Source: Squalus acanthias
Lineage: Eukaryota
Reading direction: 5' to 3'
Length of the DNA: 64,000 nt
Assembly: GCA_030390025.1 (NCBI GenBank)
Contig: CM059432.1
Location: 66,838,001-66,902,000 of the forward strand
Part shown: in pieces, positions 25,587 to 37,692 of the stretch
Numbering within the stretch: position 1 is the stretch's first letter
How the letters are laid out: the number at the start of each line of letters is the position of its first letter
Notes under the pieces: model-generated
Seen by the model: only the letters and a program-made list of their open reading frames with translations
Databases searched by the model: none
Told to the model about the DNA's origin: nothing
Translations under genes and position numbers: made by a program

Positions 25587-26371
25587 CTGTTTCTCTCTCC
25601 ACAGACGCTGCCTGACCTACTGAGTATTTCCAGCATTTTCTGTTTTTATTTCAGATTTCCGGCATCCGCAGTATTTTGCTTTTGTGTTGTAATGGAAGAA
25701 GGAAATTCATCCTTACAATGACCAGATAAATGGAAAAAACTCAAAGCATCAAATGATTGTCTAGCTCTGGGCAGAAGGTGTTATTTTACTTGTGAATCAT
25801 GGGCTTCTTCAGGGAAAAGTTCAAGAAAATAATTCAAGAAGATAATCTGTCTTCAGAATAAGTCTACAACAGTGACAAGATAGGGTAATTGTGAAAAATA
25901 CTTTCTAGCAAGATGCTTGCTGAACTTGCTGAATTAACTGTATGAGTACAAGCAGAACAAAGTTTGTTTCATAATCCCAGGGTGCAGCAAGGACACAAAA
26001 ACTACCATTGAACGCTTTCAGGAAATCGCTGAAGCCATGAACTTTCAACAATTTTAAACACAAGTTCCTTCCTGTTTATTACAAAGTTCAGTCTAATACT
26101 TCAATGGGCATTAAGTTGTTCATAAAATGGTTGCATTCCAAATTTGTACCACTTAAATAGCAGGAGCTTCCTGCAAAAGTCATATCATAAACAATATTCC
26201 ACTGCAGCCTGCATGAGCTGCTTCATATTGGGACCATGAGGATTTTTTTCTTTCCCCATAACGGGATAGCACTGCTGCCTTCAATGCAGAATCTCAAGAG
26301 TGAGTATAAGTACCAGATGATGTCATCCCTCTTCACAGAGGTAGAAGAGAAAGCCTGATAGAGAGGAGAAT

Positions 26372-27135
26372 GGGGGAGAAATTCGGCATATTAGTGCCCC
26401 CAGTTGGCACCTGGCAGGGGCGCTAACATGCGCTCAGGCAGTAGCGCCGTGGTGGGGCAAACCCTGCGCCACACGGCAAATTTGCCGGTCCCGTAGCGCC
26501 GGTGATAACAGTTAGCACTTCGGCATCTTTCGCCATGCAGATCGTGATGTCAGCGAGTGTGCAATGCTCACTGGGCGCCCGATCTGCAAACTTCAGTAGC
26601 GGCCCCTGCCTTACTGCCTCGCGCCGACAGCGCCAGGGAGCGGAGGTGTGAACCAGCTGGCTGGCGGGGCGCTACTTAATGGGATGCGCCCCAGCTGTCA
26701 AGGAATTTCCGTTCCAAAGGTCAGTTATCAGTGGCAGAGAGCGCAGGATGTATCTGCAGCCAAATAAAGGCTGCTTAGTCCCCGGAGTGTTGCGGGCCGT
26801 CAAAGGACTTTGCATTTCATCCCACGGCATATCGCCGTTCTGCACTCCCCGAACCATTGGGGGCTGGTGTGCGGACTCCAATGACCCTCCCCTTTAATGG
26901 CTGGAAGGTGCCTTCCTCAATGCTCACTCCCGATTACACAACACCTGATATTTCTTATCACTTGGAGCCTAACGACACTCATCTATGGCATGAGCACCTG
27001 ATTTAGCACTCCCCTGCATTCTTTGAATACTGAGACTGAATTTAGTGGGCTGTGAGATTGATTAGCACCTGACGCTAAACTTCCAACTTCTCAAAAGTTA
27101 GCACCCTTTCCTGGGCACTACTGAATTTCGAGCCC
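26372..27135 (+). mobile_element. Harbinger-type MITE family B, copy 1
   Basis: TIRs GGGGGAGAAATTC / GAATTTCGAGCCC; full-length inverted copy at 27223-27995. Confidence 0.85.
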
Positions 27136-27222
27136 ATTAGTCTGACGGAATAATTCAAAACCATCAATGTGAAGGCTGCCATCTACTGGGCAGCATTTAC
27201 ATAGGACAATAGAATCGTATAT

Positions 27223-27995
27223 GGGCTAGAAATTCAGTAGCGCCCAGGAAGGGGTGCTAACTTTTGAGAAGTTGGAAGTTTAGCGCCAGACACTAATCAA
27301 TCTCGCTGCCTGCTAAATTCAGTCTCAGTGCTCAAAGAATGCAGGGGAGCGCTAAATCAGGTGCTAATGGCATAGGTGAGTGGCGTTAGGCTCCAAGCGA
27401 TAAGGAATATCAGGTGTTGTGTAATCGGGAGTGAGCATTGGCGAAGGCGCCTTCCAGCCATTAAAGGGGAGGGTCACTGGAGTCCGCACACCAACCCCCA
27501 GTGAATCGGGGAGTGCAGAACGGCGATATGCTGTGAGATGAAATGCAAAGTCCTTTGATGGCCCGCAACACTCCGGTGAGTAAGCAGCCTTTATTTGGCT
27601 GCAGATACATCCTGCACTCTCTGCCACTCATAACTGACCTTTGGAACGGAAGTTCCTTGACAGCTGGGGTGCATCCCTTTAAGTAGCGCCCTGCCAGCTG
27701 CCAGCCTACTGGTTCACGCCAATGCTCCCTGGCACTGTCGGCGCGAGGCGGTAAGGCAGGGGGCACTACTGAAGTTTGCAGATCAGGCTCCCAGCGAGCG
27801 TTGCACACTCGCTGACGTCACGATCTGCATGGCGAAAGGTGCCGAGACATTAATTGTTATCGCCGGAGCTACGGGGCTGGCGAATATGCCGTGTGGCACA
27901 GGATTCACCCTGCCACGGCGCTACTGCCTGAGCGCCCCATTAGCGCCCCCCGCCAGGCGCTAACTGGGGCCGCTAGCATGCCGAATTTCTATACC
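27223..27995 (-). mobile_element. Harbinger-type MITE family B, copy 2 (inverted relative to copy 1)
   Basis: TIRs GGGCTAGAAATTC / GAATTTCTATACC; reverse complement of 26372-27135 along its length. Confidence 0.85.
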
Positions 27996-28730
27996 ATAGA
28001 ATCATAGGCCGGAATTTTACCGTTGCCGTACATGCGGGTTTGGAAGCGGGTCGGCAGTAAAAATGTCAGAAATAGCCACCGCATCGGGAACCCTCCGTCA
28101 TCCCACCACCTCGCGTATTTAATTCGGGTGGCTTTGAAGGCGCGACATGGACCCGGTCGGCAGAGGCGAGTGACCTCATTGAAATCATTAAATGTTTGTT
28201 TGCAGACCCTTAAAAGTGATTTTTACACCAGCTTTTGAGCTTTACTGCAAGAGCATGGGATTCACGGAGGTCGGGTACCTCGCCTGTGAAGGGGAGGCGG
28301 AAGCTCAGTGGCCATTGGCGAGTTCATTCATTGACAGCTGGGAAAAGCACATAAATACTGTAACATTACACCTCATTACTTGCCTCATGGAAAGGCTCTT
28401 GCTCACTCCATTTTGTCCAGAGATTTGGGTGTCTGCTGCTTGCAGGTCATTTTTGAAACCTCGAAAGCCACTCTCACCACATTGCTACTCACTATCACAA
28501 CATTGAGGGACTGGCCCTCAGATCATAACTTTACTTGCCATCTACTACATCAGCATGGGTGCCGCTTATACTGTCTCACCATGGTCCTCAGAATCAGACC
28601 AATATGAGCTCCACCCCCATCAACACCAGCCAAAACACCAACAGCAGCAGCCACACCACCAGCAGCAGCAGCAGCAACCACAACAGCAGCCTTCTCCTCA
28701 ACGACCTGATGCTCCACAGGAGAGAGGGGG

Positions 28731-30292
28731 TGTAAGTTTTTATTTCAACTGGCATTAAATTGACAGAAAGACCAATTCTTTTGAAACAACTTGGAATATG
28801 TTTATTAAACACACAAACTCATGCACATTAAAACAATAGCCTACTGGTATTTATGGACTCTACTCGATTACAACACGTAAGGTAATGGGTTAGATTTACA
28901 CAGCCTGGTACTTCCCTGAGTTAAGCAATGCATGCGGCCTTTTTCCTTGCTTCTTGGTCTGTAGAGGGAGGGCTTCTTGTTCTTCCGCATGGTCGTCCAG
29001 AGCGAGAGAGAGAGCGAAAGAGCCTTTGGGTTCCTTGTTTTATATCTTTTTAAGTCCATTCAGTATCGCCCCATTTGGGGCGCAATTATCGGCCGGGCGC
29101 AAAGATTAGCGCCTGGCACTAATTATCGCCTCCGACTGCAAACTTGGCTTTTATCGCCCCTGGAGGTGATTGGAGCGCTAAATCAGGCGCTTCACACCTG
29201 TCTTAAGGCGCAAAGGCCGAGGAGCGAGGCGCTACCTCAGAGTGCTGGCGAAGCTCATGTAATGTCAGTTAGCAATGGAACAGAGACACAATGGCCCCGG
29301 CCAGTTCTTAAAGGGGAGGGTTGATCTTGCTCTCCATCCACATCCTGCTCATTGCAGCCTTGAATCTCGGCCTGGAGAGACCTGTACATCAAATCTGCTG
29401 GAAAGAACAATGGAGAGTACCAGGGAAAGAGCTCAGAGTGCAGCCCCCACAGTCTCTTCTAAATCGATACAAGGAAGGGCAAATCAAACTGAACCTGCAA
29501 AGTGCTGCTCAGTACCCAAAACTCCTTCACACAGCATTGAATCTCTCCAGAAGTCTCTCTCTCTCTCTCTCTCTCAGAATGCGTGGTGCAAAAATGTCAC
29601 CAACAAAAAAAGGCAGGAAGCGTTCGCCTTTAAATAGCGCTCCCCCAGTCCCTTCATGACTGCAAAACGCTCGCCTCAACCTGTCGTTGCTAGCGGCAGG
29701 CGGTAAGGCAGGGGGCGCCACTCAATATCTGCCTCGGGGCGATACCGGGGCGTTGCGCACTCGACTGACGTCACGATCTGCCGGCGCAGGGGATCGTGGA
29801 GGTAGTGTTTAGCACCGCCGCAAAATGTCTAGTTAATTTCGCGAGCGGCGCAAACATCGCCGCGCCCGGGCGCTAGTTGCTTCACGCCCCATTAGCGCCC
29901 TCTTCAGGCGCTAACAGGAGGCGCAACCAACTGAATTTTCCCCCCATTGTCTCTACTCTAAATTGCTAAGACCCCAGGATTGGGTCTTAGATTCATGGCT
30001 GTTCTTGATTGGCTTTCCTTTGAACATGTGTCTGTCTGCAGTGGCTGGTGCCATTTCTTGCTTAAGTTAATTGTTTGTTGACACCTTTTAGTTGCTCTTG
30101 AGTTTCGATGGTGAGTTTTGATGGTGTCTCTGTGGGGGGTTATCCTGTTATGCAGGTTTCCTTTGTTAAATTTTGCGTCGTTGCCTTACCCAGGGGAGAT
30201 CCATACAAATCAAATTTATCTTTATTACATACATCTTATATTAATAGTCTCGAGTCCATCACACATACAAAACATATCTTTTTATTCTTACA
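28731..30292 (-). repeat. 3' LTR (~680 bp net, interrupted by a MITE)
   Basis: Matches 37407-38672; minus-strand AATAAA at 28801-28806; PPT caaagcggggaatc immediately adjacent (30293-30306, minus). Confidence 0.95.
29061..29944 (+). mobile_element. MITE family A, copy 2, inserted in the 3' LTR
   Basis: Close copy of 7234-8114 with the left TIR clipped. The empty site aagtccattgtctc is visible in the 5' LTR at ~38318-38331. Confidence 0.9.
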
Positions 30293-30547
30293 GATTCCCC
30301 GCTTTGAGGGGGAAATATCCTTATTGACCCCTCATTTGGTTTATCTCCTCAGGGCTCGCATATGGTGGTTCAGTTTCCTAAGGAGTTTTCGCAGGTAGCA
30401 GATCATGATAATCCCCACCACTACAATTATGGCTTGTGCCAGTATCATAAGCATTGAGAGGGTTCTGAGCCAGGGGTGTTGTCCTACATTATACATTGTT
30501 TCCCACCATGGGCTGGCTCCTAGCTTTTGTATAGCTCTGCTGTTTAT

Positions 30548-31642
30548 CGACTGTCGATCGACAGTTCCGACGGGCCACTGCGAAAAACCGCATATACCTC
30601 CTCAGAAGACGAACACGGGACACAACCAACAGAGTACCCTACGTCGTCCAGTACTTCCCCGGAGCGGAGAAACTACGCCATGTTCTTCGCAGCCTTCAAC
30701 ATGTCATCGATGACGACGAACACCTTGCTAAGGCCATCCCCACGCCTCCACTACTCACCTTCAAGCAGCCGCCTAACCTCAAAAGTACCATCGTTCGCAG
30801 CAAATTACCCAGCTGTCAGGAGAACAGCGACCACGACACCACACAACCCTGCCACGGCAACCTCCGCAAGACATGCCAGATCATGGACACAGATACCGTC
30901 ATCACACGTGAGGACACTACCCACCAGGTACATGGTACATACTCATGTGACTCGGCCAACGTTGTCTACCTGATACGTTGCAATAAAGGATGCCCCAGAG
31001 CATGGTACATCGGCGAGACCATGCAGACACTGAGACAACGTATGAACGGACACCGCGCAACAATCGCCAGGCAGGATGGTTGCCTCCCAGTCGGGGAACA
31101 CCAGCAGTCAAGGGCATTCAGCCTCGGATCTGCGGGTTAGCGTTCTCCAAGGCGGCCTTCGGGATACACGACAATGCAAAATCATCGAGCAGAAACTGAT
31201 AGCCAAGTTCCACACTCATGAGGACGGCCTCAATCGGGATATCGGGTTCATGTCACGCTACAGAACGTGACTTGACATCGTTGCCTGTCTTTCCAGCTTT
31301 TTAAAAAAACAAACACAAGAAACAAACACAAGAAACAAACCCAAATGGAGAGGATATGCAGCCAGCAGGTGTTTTGACATGTTGGACCCCCTGGGACACA
31401 TCTCATTGTCTTGGCTGTGCTCTTAGTGTGTCTTTGATGTAGGGAAAGATTGAATCTCTGCATTTTCTCTGTGTTTATATTCTGTGAATTCTGGTAGATC
31501 CTCTCACAGTAACTCTACCTGAAGAAGGGGCAGGATAGCTCCGAAAGCTTGTAATTTTAAATAAATCTGTTGGACTATAACCTGGTGTTGTGCGACTTCT
31601 CGTTTTTGTCCACCCCAGTCCAACGCCGGCATCTCCGCATCA
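30548..31642 (+). mobile_element. 5'-truncated Penelope-like element (second family)
   Basis: GIY-YIG: NVVYLIRCNKGCPRAWYIGETMQTLRQRMNGHR...EQKLIAKFHTHEDGLNRD; 15-bp TSD agctctgctgtttat / agatctgctgtttat (30533-30547, 31643-31657); 16-bp palindrome at the 5' junction. Confidence 0.92.
31516..31553 (+). ncRNA. Minimal hammerhead ribozyme motif (Penelope)
   Basis: TAC-CTGAAGA-A-GGGGC aggata GCTCC-GAAAGCTT-GTA; palindromic stem III AAGCTT. Confidence 0.75.
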
Positions 31643-31720
31643 AGATCTGCTGTTTATGGCATTGTTCTGTGTCATCTGTATCCGTATCATGGTCCTGTGG
31701 GAAACAAGATCAGTGTAGTA

Positions 31721-34700
31721 TTTACTCTTTGGCAGTTTTTAACTGGTTAATATATCATTTCTTGTACTTAATGCCCTTTCCCCCCGGTAACTGAATCAAA
31801 TAAACCGCGGGGTTTTTTCGGTCTATAATCGTATGCGGTCCCCACCACCTGGGCTCAAAGGCAGGCTTCTTTTTCCCATAATTTGGAATCATTACGGTGT
31901 CCCCCACCTGATACTCAAAGGGACGTACTTTCTTGTCAAAGTACCTTACTTCCCCAATTTCGTGGCCACAAATCGATTCATCTGATCGGTGTGATCTACC
32001 AATTGTTCCAGCCACTTGGAACTACATGGTTCCATAGTCAAGGGGCTCATCCCCGTTAGTGTTAGCTGGCCTGGCGTTCTCATGAGTCTCCCAGTCATGG
32101 CCTGATATGGGGAGACTCCTGTTGTTTTATGAGGTGTGGACCTCATTGCCATTAAGCACATTGGCAGCATGTTAGCCCATTGAGTGGGGTGGTCCGCACA
32201 CAATTTTTTTAACATTAACTTGAGGGTCCTGTTCTCCCTTTTGACCCCTCCGGACGACTGGGGGTGGTGAGCAATATGGAGTTTGTGTTTTATCCCCAAC
32301 ATTTCCTGCAGGTGGGTAAAAATCTTACCGGTAAAGTGCGAACCTTGATCCACTTGTACCGGTACTCCCCACCCTCAAAACATATGATTTAATAGTGTTT
32401 TGGCTGCCGTGATTGCGGTGTTGGAGCAGCAGGGGAATGCTTCGATCCATTTAGTGAATTGATCCACCACCACTAGGGCATGCTGAAAATTGCCTTGTAC
32501 CTGTGGAAGTGGCCCAATGAAGTCTGTCTGGAGGTGAGTCCATGGCCCTTGAGGTGGGGGCGCGCTTTGAAGCAAGGCTCGGTTAGTGCATGTGGGAGGA
32601 TTGTGCTGCAGGCACGGTAGGCATCGTGCCACATATAGGTTGATTGTTTCCCTCATGGAAGGCCACCAAGCTGTGGATGCTACATTATAGAAGGTTACCA
32701 GGCCCGAATAGTGCCCTGCCGTGGGGTGGGAGTGAAAGAGGGAGAGCAGTTCCTGACCCACCTCTGGTGGAACACACACCACCGGCTTTCTTTTGAACAT
32801 CAGCAACTGCTCCGCTGAGTCAGGGGCAGTGGCTAGTATGGTATTGGGGGCCCAGGCTGTCGGTTGAGGAAGGGGTCTGCCTTCCTCGTGCCAGGTGCTT
32901 ACAATGGTGTATGGCCAGTATTGCTGCTGCAGGGATTTTAAATCGAGGTGATCTGTTGGGGAACCCTTGCCAACAGCATTGCAGGGCTCAACAACTATAT
33001 CCTCTATCTCCCCATTAATCGCAACGTCCTTGGCTGCTCTGTCTGCTCTGTAATTTCCCTCACTATGTGGACCCCCTTTTCTATGGGCTGCTACCTTTCC
33101 TATGAAGCAGGGCTGGGATCACTGTTTAAGGTATGACCAGAGCAGGCATAACCAGGGCCCATGGACCAGGGCCTTACCGTCTATTGTACGGTAGTCATTT
33201 CTGTGGTATAGGGGCAAGGAGAGCATGGTGTTTATAGCATAGTCACTATCAGACAAAATATTCACGGGTCTATCTGAGGTTTCTTTCACGGCAGTTAGAA
33301 GTGCGGCGATTTCTGCATATTGTGAGGACTGTCGGTTGCATCATCGCTGGATGGTTCTCTCTGGCAATACCACAGCATACCCAGTGTGGGGGGATCCCTC
33401 GATGTGATATGAGGACGCATCGATGTAGACATCTGGGCCTCTCTGTATGGGCTCTTTCTGCACAGGATGGGTCTCAAAGTTAATCAGGGGTAGTGGACAT
33501 TCATGCGGTTCCCCCTCATAAACCAGAAATTGTGGCAGCAATGTGGTTTGGAAATGATACCAATGTCTCTTTCCATAAATTCCAATGTCCATTTGCTGAG
33601 GTGCTGCGAGGAAACTAGCGAATCTCCAGGTTTCATCAGTAGGTTTAGAGGCGTTGTGTGCACTGTGAAGGATGGTCGCTTGTAGCCCAGAAATAAAGGT
33701 AAAATGATGTACCGCCCAGAAGACGGCCAGCAGGTGGCATTCGCACGCGGTATACGGTCTTTTCTGCCCCCTGCAGGATTGGAGACGCATATGCAATGGG
33801 CTGTAGTCGATCAGCTCGCGTTTGGCACAGAACTGCGGCGAGGCTTTGTTCTGTGGCCCCAACCTCCAAATGGAAGGGCTGCGTGGGATCCGGAGGAATC
33901 AGACATGCGGCCTGTATCACTGCAATTTTTAATTTGGCTGCGGACTGGGTGTGAGCATCAGTCCATGCCGGGTGTATGTCATCACCCTGCAGTTTTATCA
34001 AATCATACAGGGGCTTTGCGCACTCTGCAAAGCCTGGGATAAAGTTCCTTTGGTACCCCACCAAACCCAAGAATGATTGTAGGGCTGTTTTGGAAGTGGG
34101 TAATGGTAGTCGCTGTATTATCTCCACCTTGTGGGAGTCGGGGGACGTTCCCTCTGGAGAAATGGACAATCCCAGAAAGGTGACCCGTTCTTTTACCAAC
34201 TGAGCCTTACGGGGATTCACCTTTAGTCCCGCCTGAGCCAACAATGTCAACAGTTCATGCAAAAGGGACAGATGCTCCTCCATGTTATCGGTTGCCAGCA
34301 GTAGATCGTCTACGTACCGTAGCAAGCAGGTAGGGCAGGAAAAGTCTTTTAAAACTGCAGCCATTCTTTTGTGGAAGATTGTGGGGGCATTGTGGAACCC
34401 CTGAGGCAGGCATGTCCAAGTGTAGCTCTGGTCCTCAAATGTGAACGCAAATTTGTACTGGTCCTCCCTTTTAACAGGGATACTCCAGAATCCATTGGCG
34501 ATGTCGAGGGTCGAGAAGTACTTCGAACCAGCAGGAATTTGAGATAATATGGTGGGAGCTTCTCTTACTACCGGTGAGCAGGCTGGCGTTACAGAATTTA
34601 ACTTCCTGTAATCAATAGTCAGTCGCCAGCTGCTATCAGGCTTTTTAACTGGCCATGTGGGTGAATTGGTTGTGAAAGTGCCTGTCCTAACAACACCCTG

Positions 34701-35362
34701 CTCGACCAGGGATTTTATGGTGTCTCAGATGTAAGGGTGACTCTCCCTTGGGATGGGGTACTATTTAGTGAGTGAGTGGGGGGGGGTCCCTCAATAGACT
34801 CTTCACCCGCCATTTTTCCACAATCGTGCTTGTACGTGGCAAACACCGTTAGGTGTTCCTGAATTAGTTTTGCCACAGCTTCATTTTCGCTCCCCGGAGG
34901 GTCATACTCGGATGGCTTTTTAATAGCAAAAACAGAGTGAGCATCTGAAATTTCTATCACTTTTGCATTATTTCTCAATCCCATCCAAACACAGTCCCGG
35001 TTGTAATCTATTACCGCGCCATACTGATCCAACACATCAGTCCCTAAAATTCCCCTTCCGTCGGGGGTGGTCATCAGCATCGGCGCTGGGACCTTGCAGG
35101 TGAGGCCTCCCAACTGAAGTTCAGAGGTCTTCCCCGTATACGCGGTGGTTGTATCACCATTAAACCCTTTAAGGGCCATACAACCCTTGCCCGCTGCTGC
35201 ATGGCATTCAGGGTATGGGGTGTGGATGATGGTAACGGCTGAGCCAGTGTCTATAAGCATAATCTGCTGCCGGCTCCCTTTTAAGACAACAAGGACTACT
35301 GGTCTCCCGCTACCATCACATTGGAACTCCACTTCCGACCAATCTTTGGGGGTCAAACCCCC
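31721..35362 (-). pseudogene. pol: aspartic protease, RT, degenerate RNase H (tether), second RNase H, integrase; frameshifted
   Basis: LIDTGSAVTII; LPQGFHNAP / YVDDLL; FHLEVGAT...PIAYAS; YIDASS...SSQYAEIAA...ILSDSDY...KVAAH...GNYRADRAAK; HSHPTAGH..CLPC, TDFIGPLP, DQGSHF, WWGPH. Confidence 0.93.
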
Positions 35363-37280
35363 TCATAGGGTGGATCCTTGGAGGGGTCCTTCCAATGGGT
35401 GTGCATTGACGATAGGATTTTGCATTCCCAATGGGTGTGCATTGGCGATTGCGTGCACCGGTAAATGATTTTGCATCTCCCCCGTGACAATTTGGGCTTT
35501 CATGAGGGTTATCAACTGGTCCAATCGTTGATCCGTCCCAGAGGGCTTGGATTCATCCTTTTTTAGAAGGGTAACTAACTAAGCCAATTGTTGTTCCATC
35601 CCAGAGGGTTTGGGTTCGTCCCTCGGGAGGTATCTATGCGTTGCATCGTGGTCTGTATGGGTCTCCTGCAGTGTTTTGCTAGGTGACCTTCCTTCTTACA
35701 ATTAAAGCACTGTCCCCTAAAGGGGTAGTACCGAGATCCCTCCACCGCTGACACTGGTTTCTTTGCGGTGGGTGGTGACTTCACCTTTAACTGGTCTTTT
35801 ACCATCTCCCAGGCTCTTTGAACGTCAGTCTCTATATCTGTCCACTGATCGGTGGGCCTCACGGCTATACCCAGGGTAGTTTTAACTAAAGAGTGGAGTT
35901 GGGTCAGGAACATCATTTTGAATTGTTCCTGATTCTTTCCTGCTGCAGTATTTGCGGGTGCCTGGTTCTGGGTACATTCATAGATATCGTACAGGCGATT
36001 ACTGAAGGCTCTAGGGGTCTCATCTGGGCGCTGTTTGGTCTGACTAAGCATAGCCACTAAGTTTAAGTTCTGGATCCCTAAATGGTTTAGGACCTCGGTC
36101 ACGACTACATCAGTCGCTGTGCCACGCTGGAGGATCGCGTCTGGCAGATTATTCTTTAAAGAAGTGGAACAGGCCAAGAGGAGGACTCGTGTTAAGTCTC
36201 CCTCTTCTAACTCGGGGTGACCCGTCCTGAAATCTGCCCACCTCCTATTAACTACCAGTGGGTCATCCCCATCATTAATGGGCCCCAACTCGTGGCTACA
36301 CGCCGTGGCGTCAGCACCAGATATGGGCCGTGAGTCGGTATGGTTACTAGTGATGTGACCATGCACATTACGCCGTAAAGAGGTGGTCACTATTGCTATG
36401 GTTGGCCCTTGTGTCTCCAAGGTATCCCATCCTTCACCGCCCTCCTGGGGATTATACTGACTGCCTTTCTCTTCCCAATCTGTCTCCCCCTCGTCTCCTT
36501 CTGTTGTCTCTGTTATGGCTCCCCGTGTTACTGCGGATACTAGAGCCTGTTGCTGCCCTAATTTACTCTTTAGCTGCGTTATTTCTAGGTGTCACCAGGA
36601 GTGGTCTGCCTCCCTATGTGGCTTCTTAATTGCTTCCCTTAATGCCTCCCTAACGTCTTCTACTTCCTGCCCGAGCCCCAGGTTTTCCAATTTATATTTC
36701 TTGAGCTCTAACCTCGTTTCATTTGCTGCTGCGACTGCTGCTCCTGCATTTAAATTTAAGAGGCTTTGTTGCTGTAGCAATGAAGCTGCCTGCTCGGCTC
36801 CTCTTCCAATTGTCTGATACTGTGGCCTAATCGATCGATTTCTTGTCTCAAATGCTGGATTTCTCCCTCCTTTGACTGCCTAACAAGCTGGATGCTTTCT
36901 TCTTTCTGTTCTTTCATACTTTGAATCTCTTTTTCTTTTAGTTGAATCTCTTTGGCTTTTAGTTCTTTTAAATCTTGTATCTCTCCCTTTAAATCGCGAA
37001 TCTCTTTTGCATCCTGCCTCATTAATTCCTCATCTCTCCGAGCACAGTAATGTGCCCTGAATGCCAAAAGACCGTTTGCCTGTTTGGGCCTTAGCTTTTC
37101 CTCATCTACCCTCTCCTGGATAAATGCCACGAGCTCTCCAAAGGACGCATGTTGGCCCTTACAGATGCATCGTGCCCGTAACTCTTGTAAGTCCCTTATG
37201 GATACCTTTTCATATGTTTTTTCATGGTAGGCTACAGCTATGTCTTTTGCTGGCTTTTTGTATGCCCCCGATCCCTTCAT
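35363..37280 (-). pseudogene. gag: N-terminal coiled coil, capsid-like region, CCHC zinc knuckle; frameshifted
   Basis: ATG at 37280 (MKGSGAYKK), heptad-rich KEIRDLKGEIQDLKE..., TKQRPDETPRAFSNRL (MHR-like), CFNCKKEGHLAKHC. Confidence 0.88.
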
Positions 37281-37384
37281 CCTATGTCTTTTGAATTTAC
37301 TTATAAACTTCGCACCACAGGTTAGAATCGCAACTCCCGAAATTTTCAATTGTTTAAAAGAATGATCTAAAGCTGTCTCGCCAG

Positions 37385-37402
37385 ATCCCGGACGAGCCCC
37401 CA
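37385..37402 (-). other. Primer binding site for tRNA-Pro
   Basis: TGGGGGCTCGTCCGGGAT, the canonical 18-nt PBS-Pro (as in MLV), 4 nt downstream of the 5' LTR. Confidence 0.95.
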
Positions 37403-37652
37403 ATTTTGTAAGCTTTTTATTTCGACTGGCATTAAATTGACAGCAAGACCAATTCTTTTGAAACAATTTGGAATAAGTTTATTAAACACACAAACTCATG
37501 CACATCAAAACAATAGCCTACTGGTATTTATGGACTCTACTCGATTACAACACGTAAGGTAATGGGTTAGATTTACACAGACTGGTACTTCCCTGAGTTA
37601 AAAATGAGAAGTCGCACAACACCAGGTTATAGTCCAACAGATTTATTTAAAA

Positions 37653-37692
37653 TTACAAGCTTTCGGAGCTATTCTGCCCCTTCTTCAGGTAA
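37653..37692 (-). ncRNA. Minimal hammerhead ribozyme motif
   Basis: TTAC-CTGAAGA-A-GGGGC agaata GCTCC-GAAAGCTT-GTAA on the minus strand. Confidence 0.75.

Larger units (their letters stand above)
24276..25690. mobile_element. Penelope-like element insertion: inverted arm (24276-25131, minus) plus direct arm (25132-25690, plus)
   Basis: GIY-YIG remnant (YIGETKRRLGDRFVEHLRSV, CHFNS, EQHFIFRLGILQPSGLN); 14-bp TSD aatggaagaaggaa at 24262-24275 and 25691-25704. Confidence 0.9.
30341..31690 (-). pseudogene. 79-aa single-pass membrane ORF in the env position of the LTR element, split by a Penelope insertion (31690-31658 + 30547-30341)
   Basis: After removing the insert and one TSD: MIRIQMTQNNAINSRAIQKLGASPWWETMYNVGQHPWLRTLSMLMILAQAIIVVVGIIMICYLRKLLRKLNHHMRALRR*. 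Preceded by acceptor ctgatcttgtttcccacAG|G and an ACCATG start context. Confidence 0.75.

Noticed and set aside
28555..28758. Poly-Q ORF as a host exon
   Set aside because: Low-complexity 5' part of the Harbinger transposase region, cut by the LTR insertion.
30293..31720. Full-length env gene
   Set aside because: Only ~320 nt of element sequence remain between pol and the 3' LTR after removing the Penelope; no signal peptide, furin site or fusion peptide is visible.
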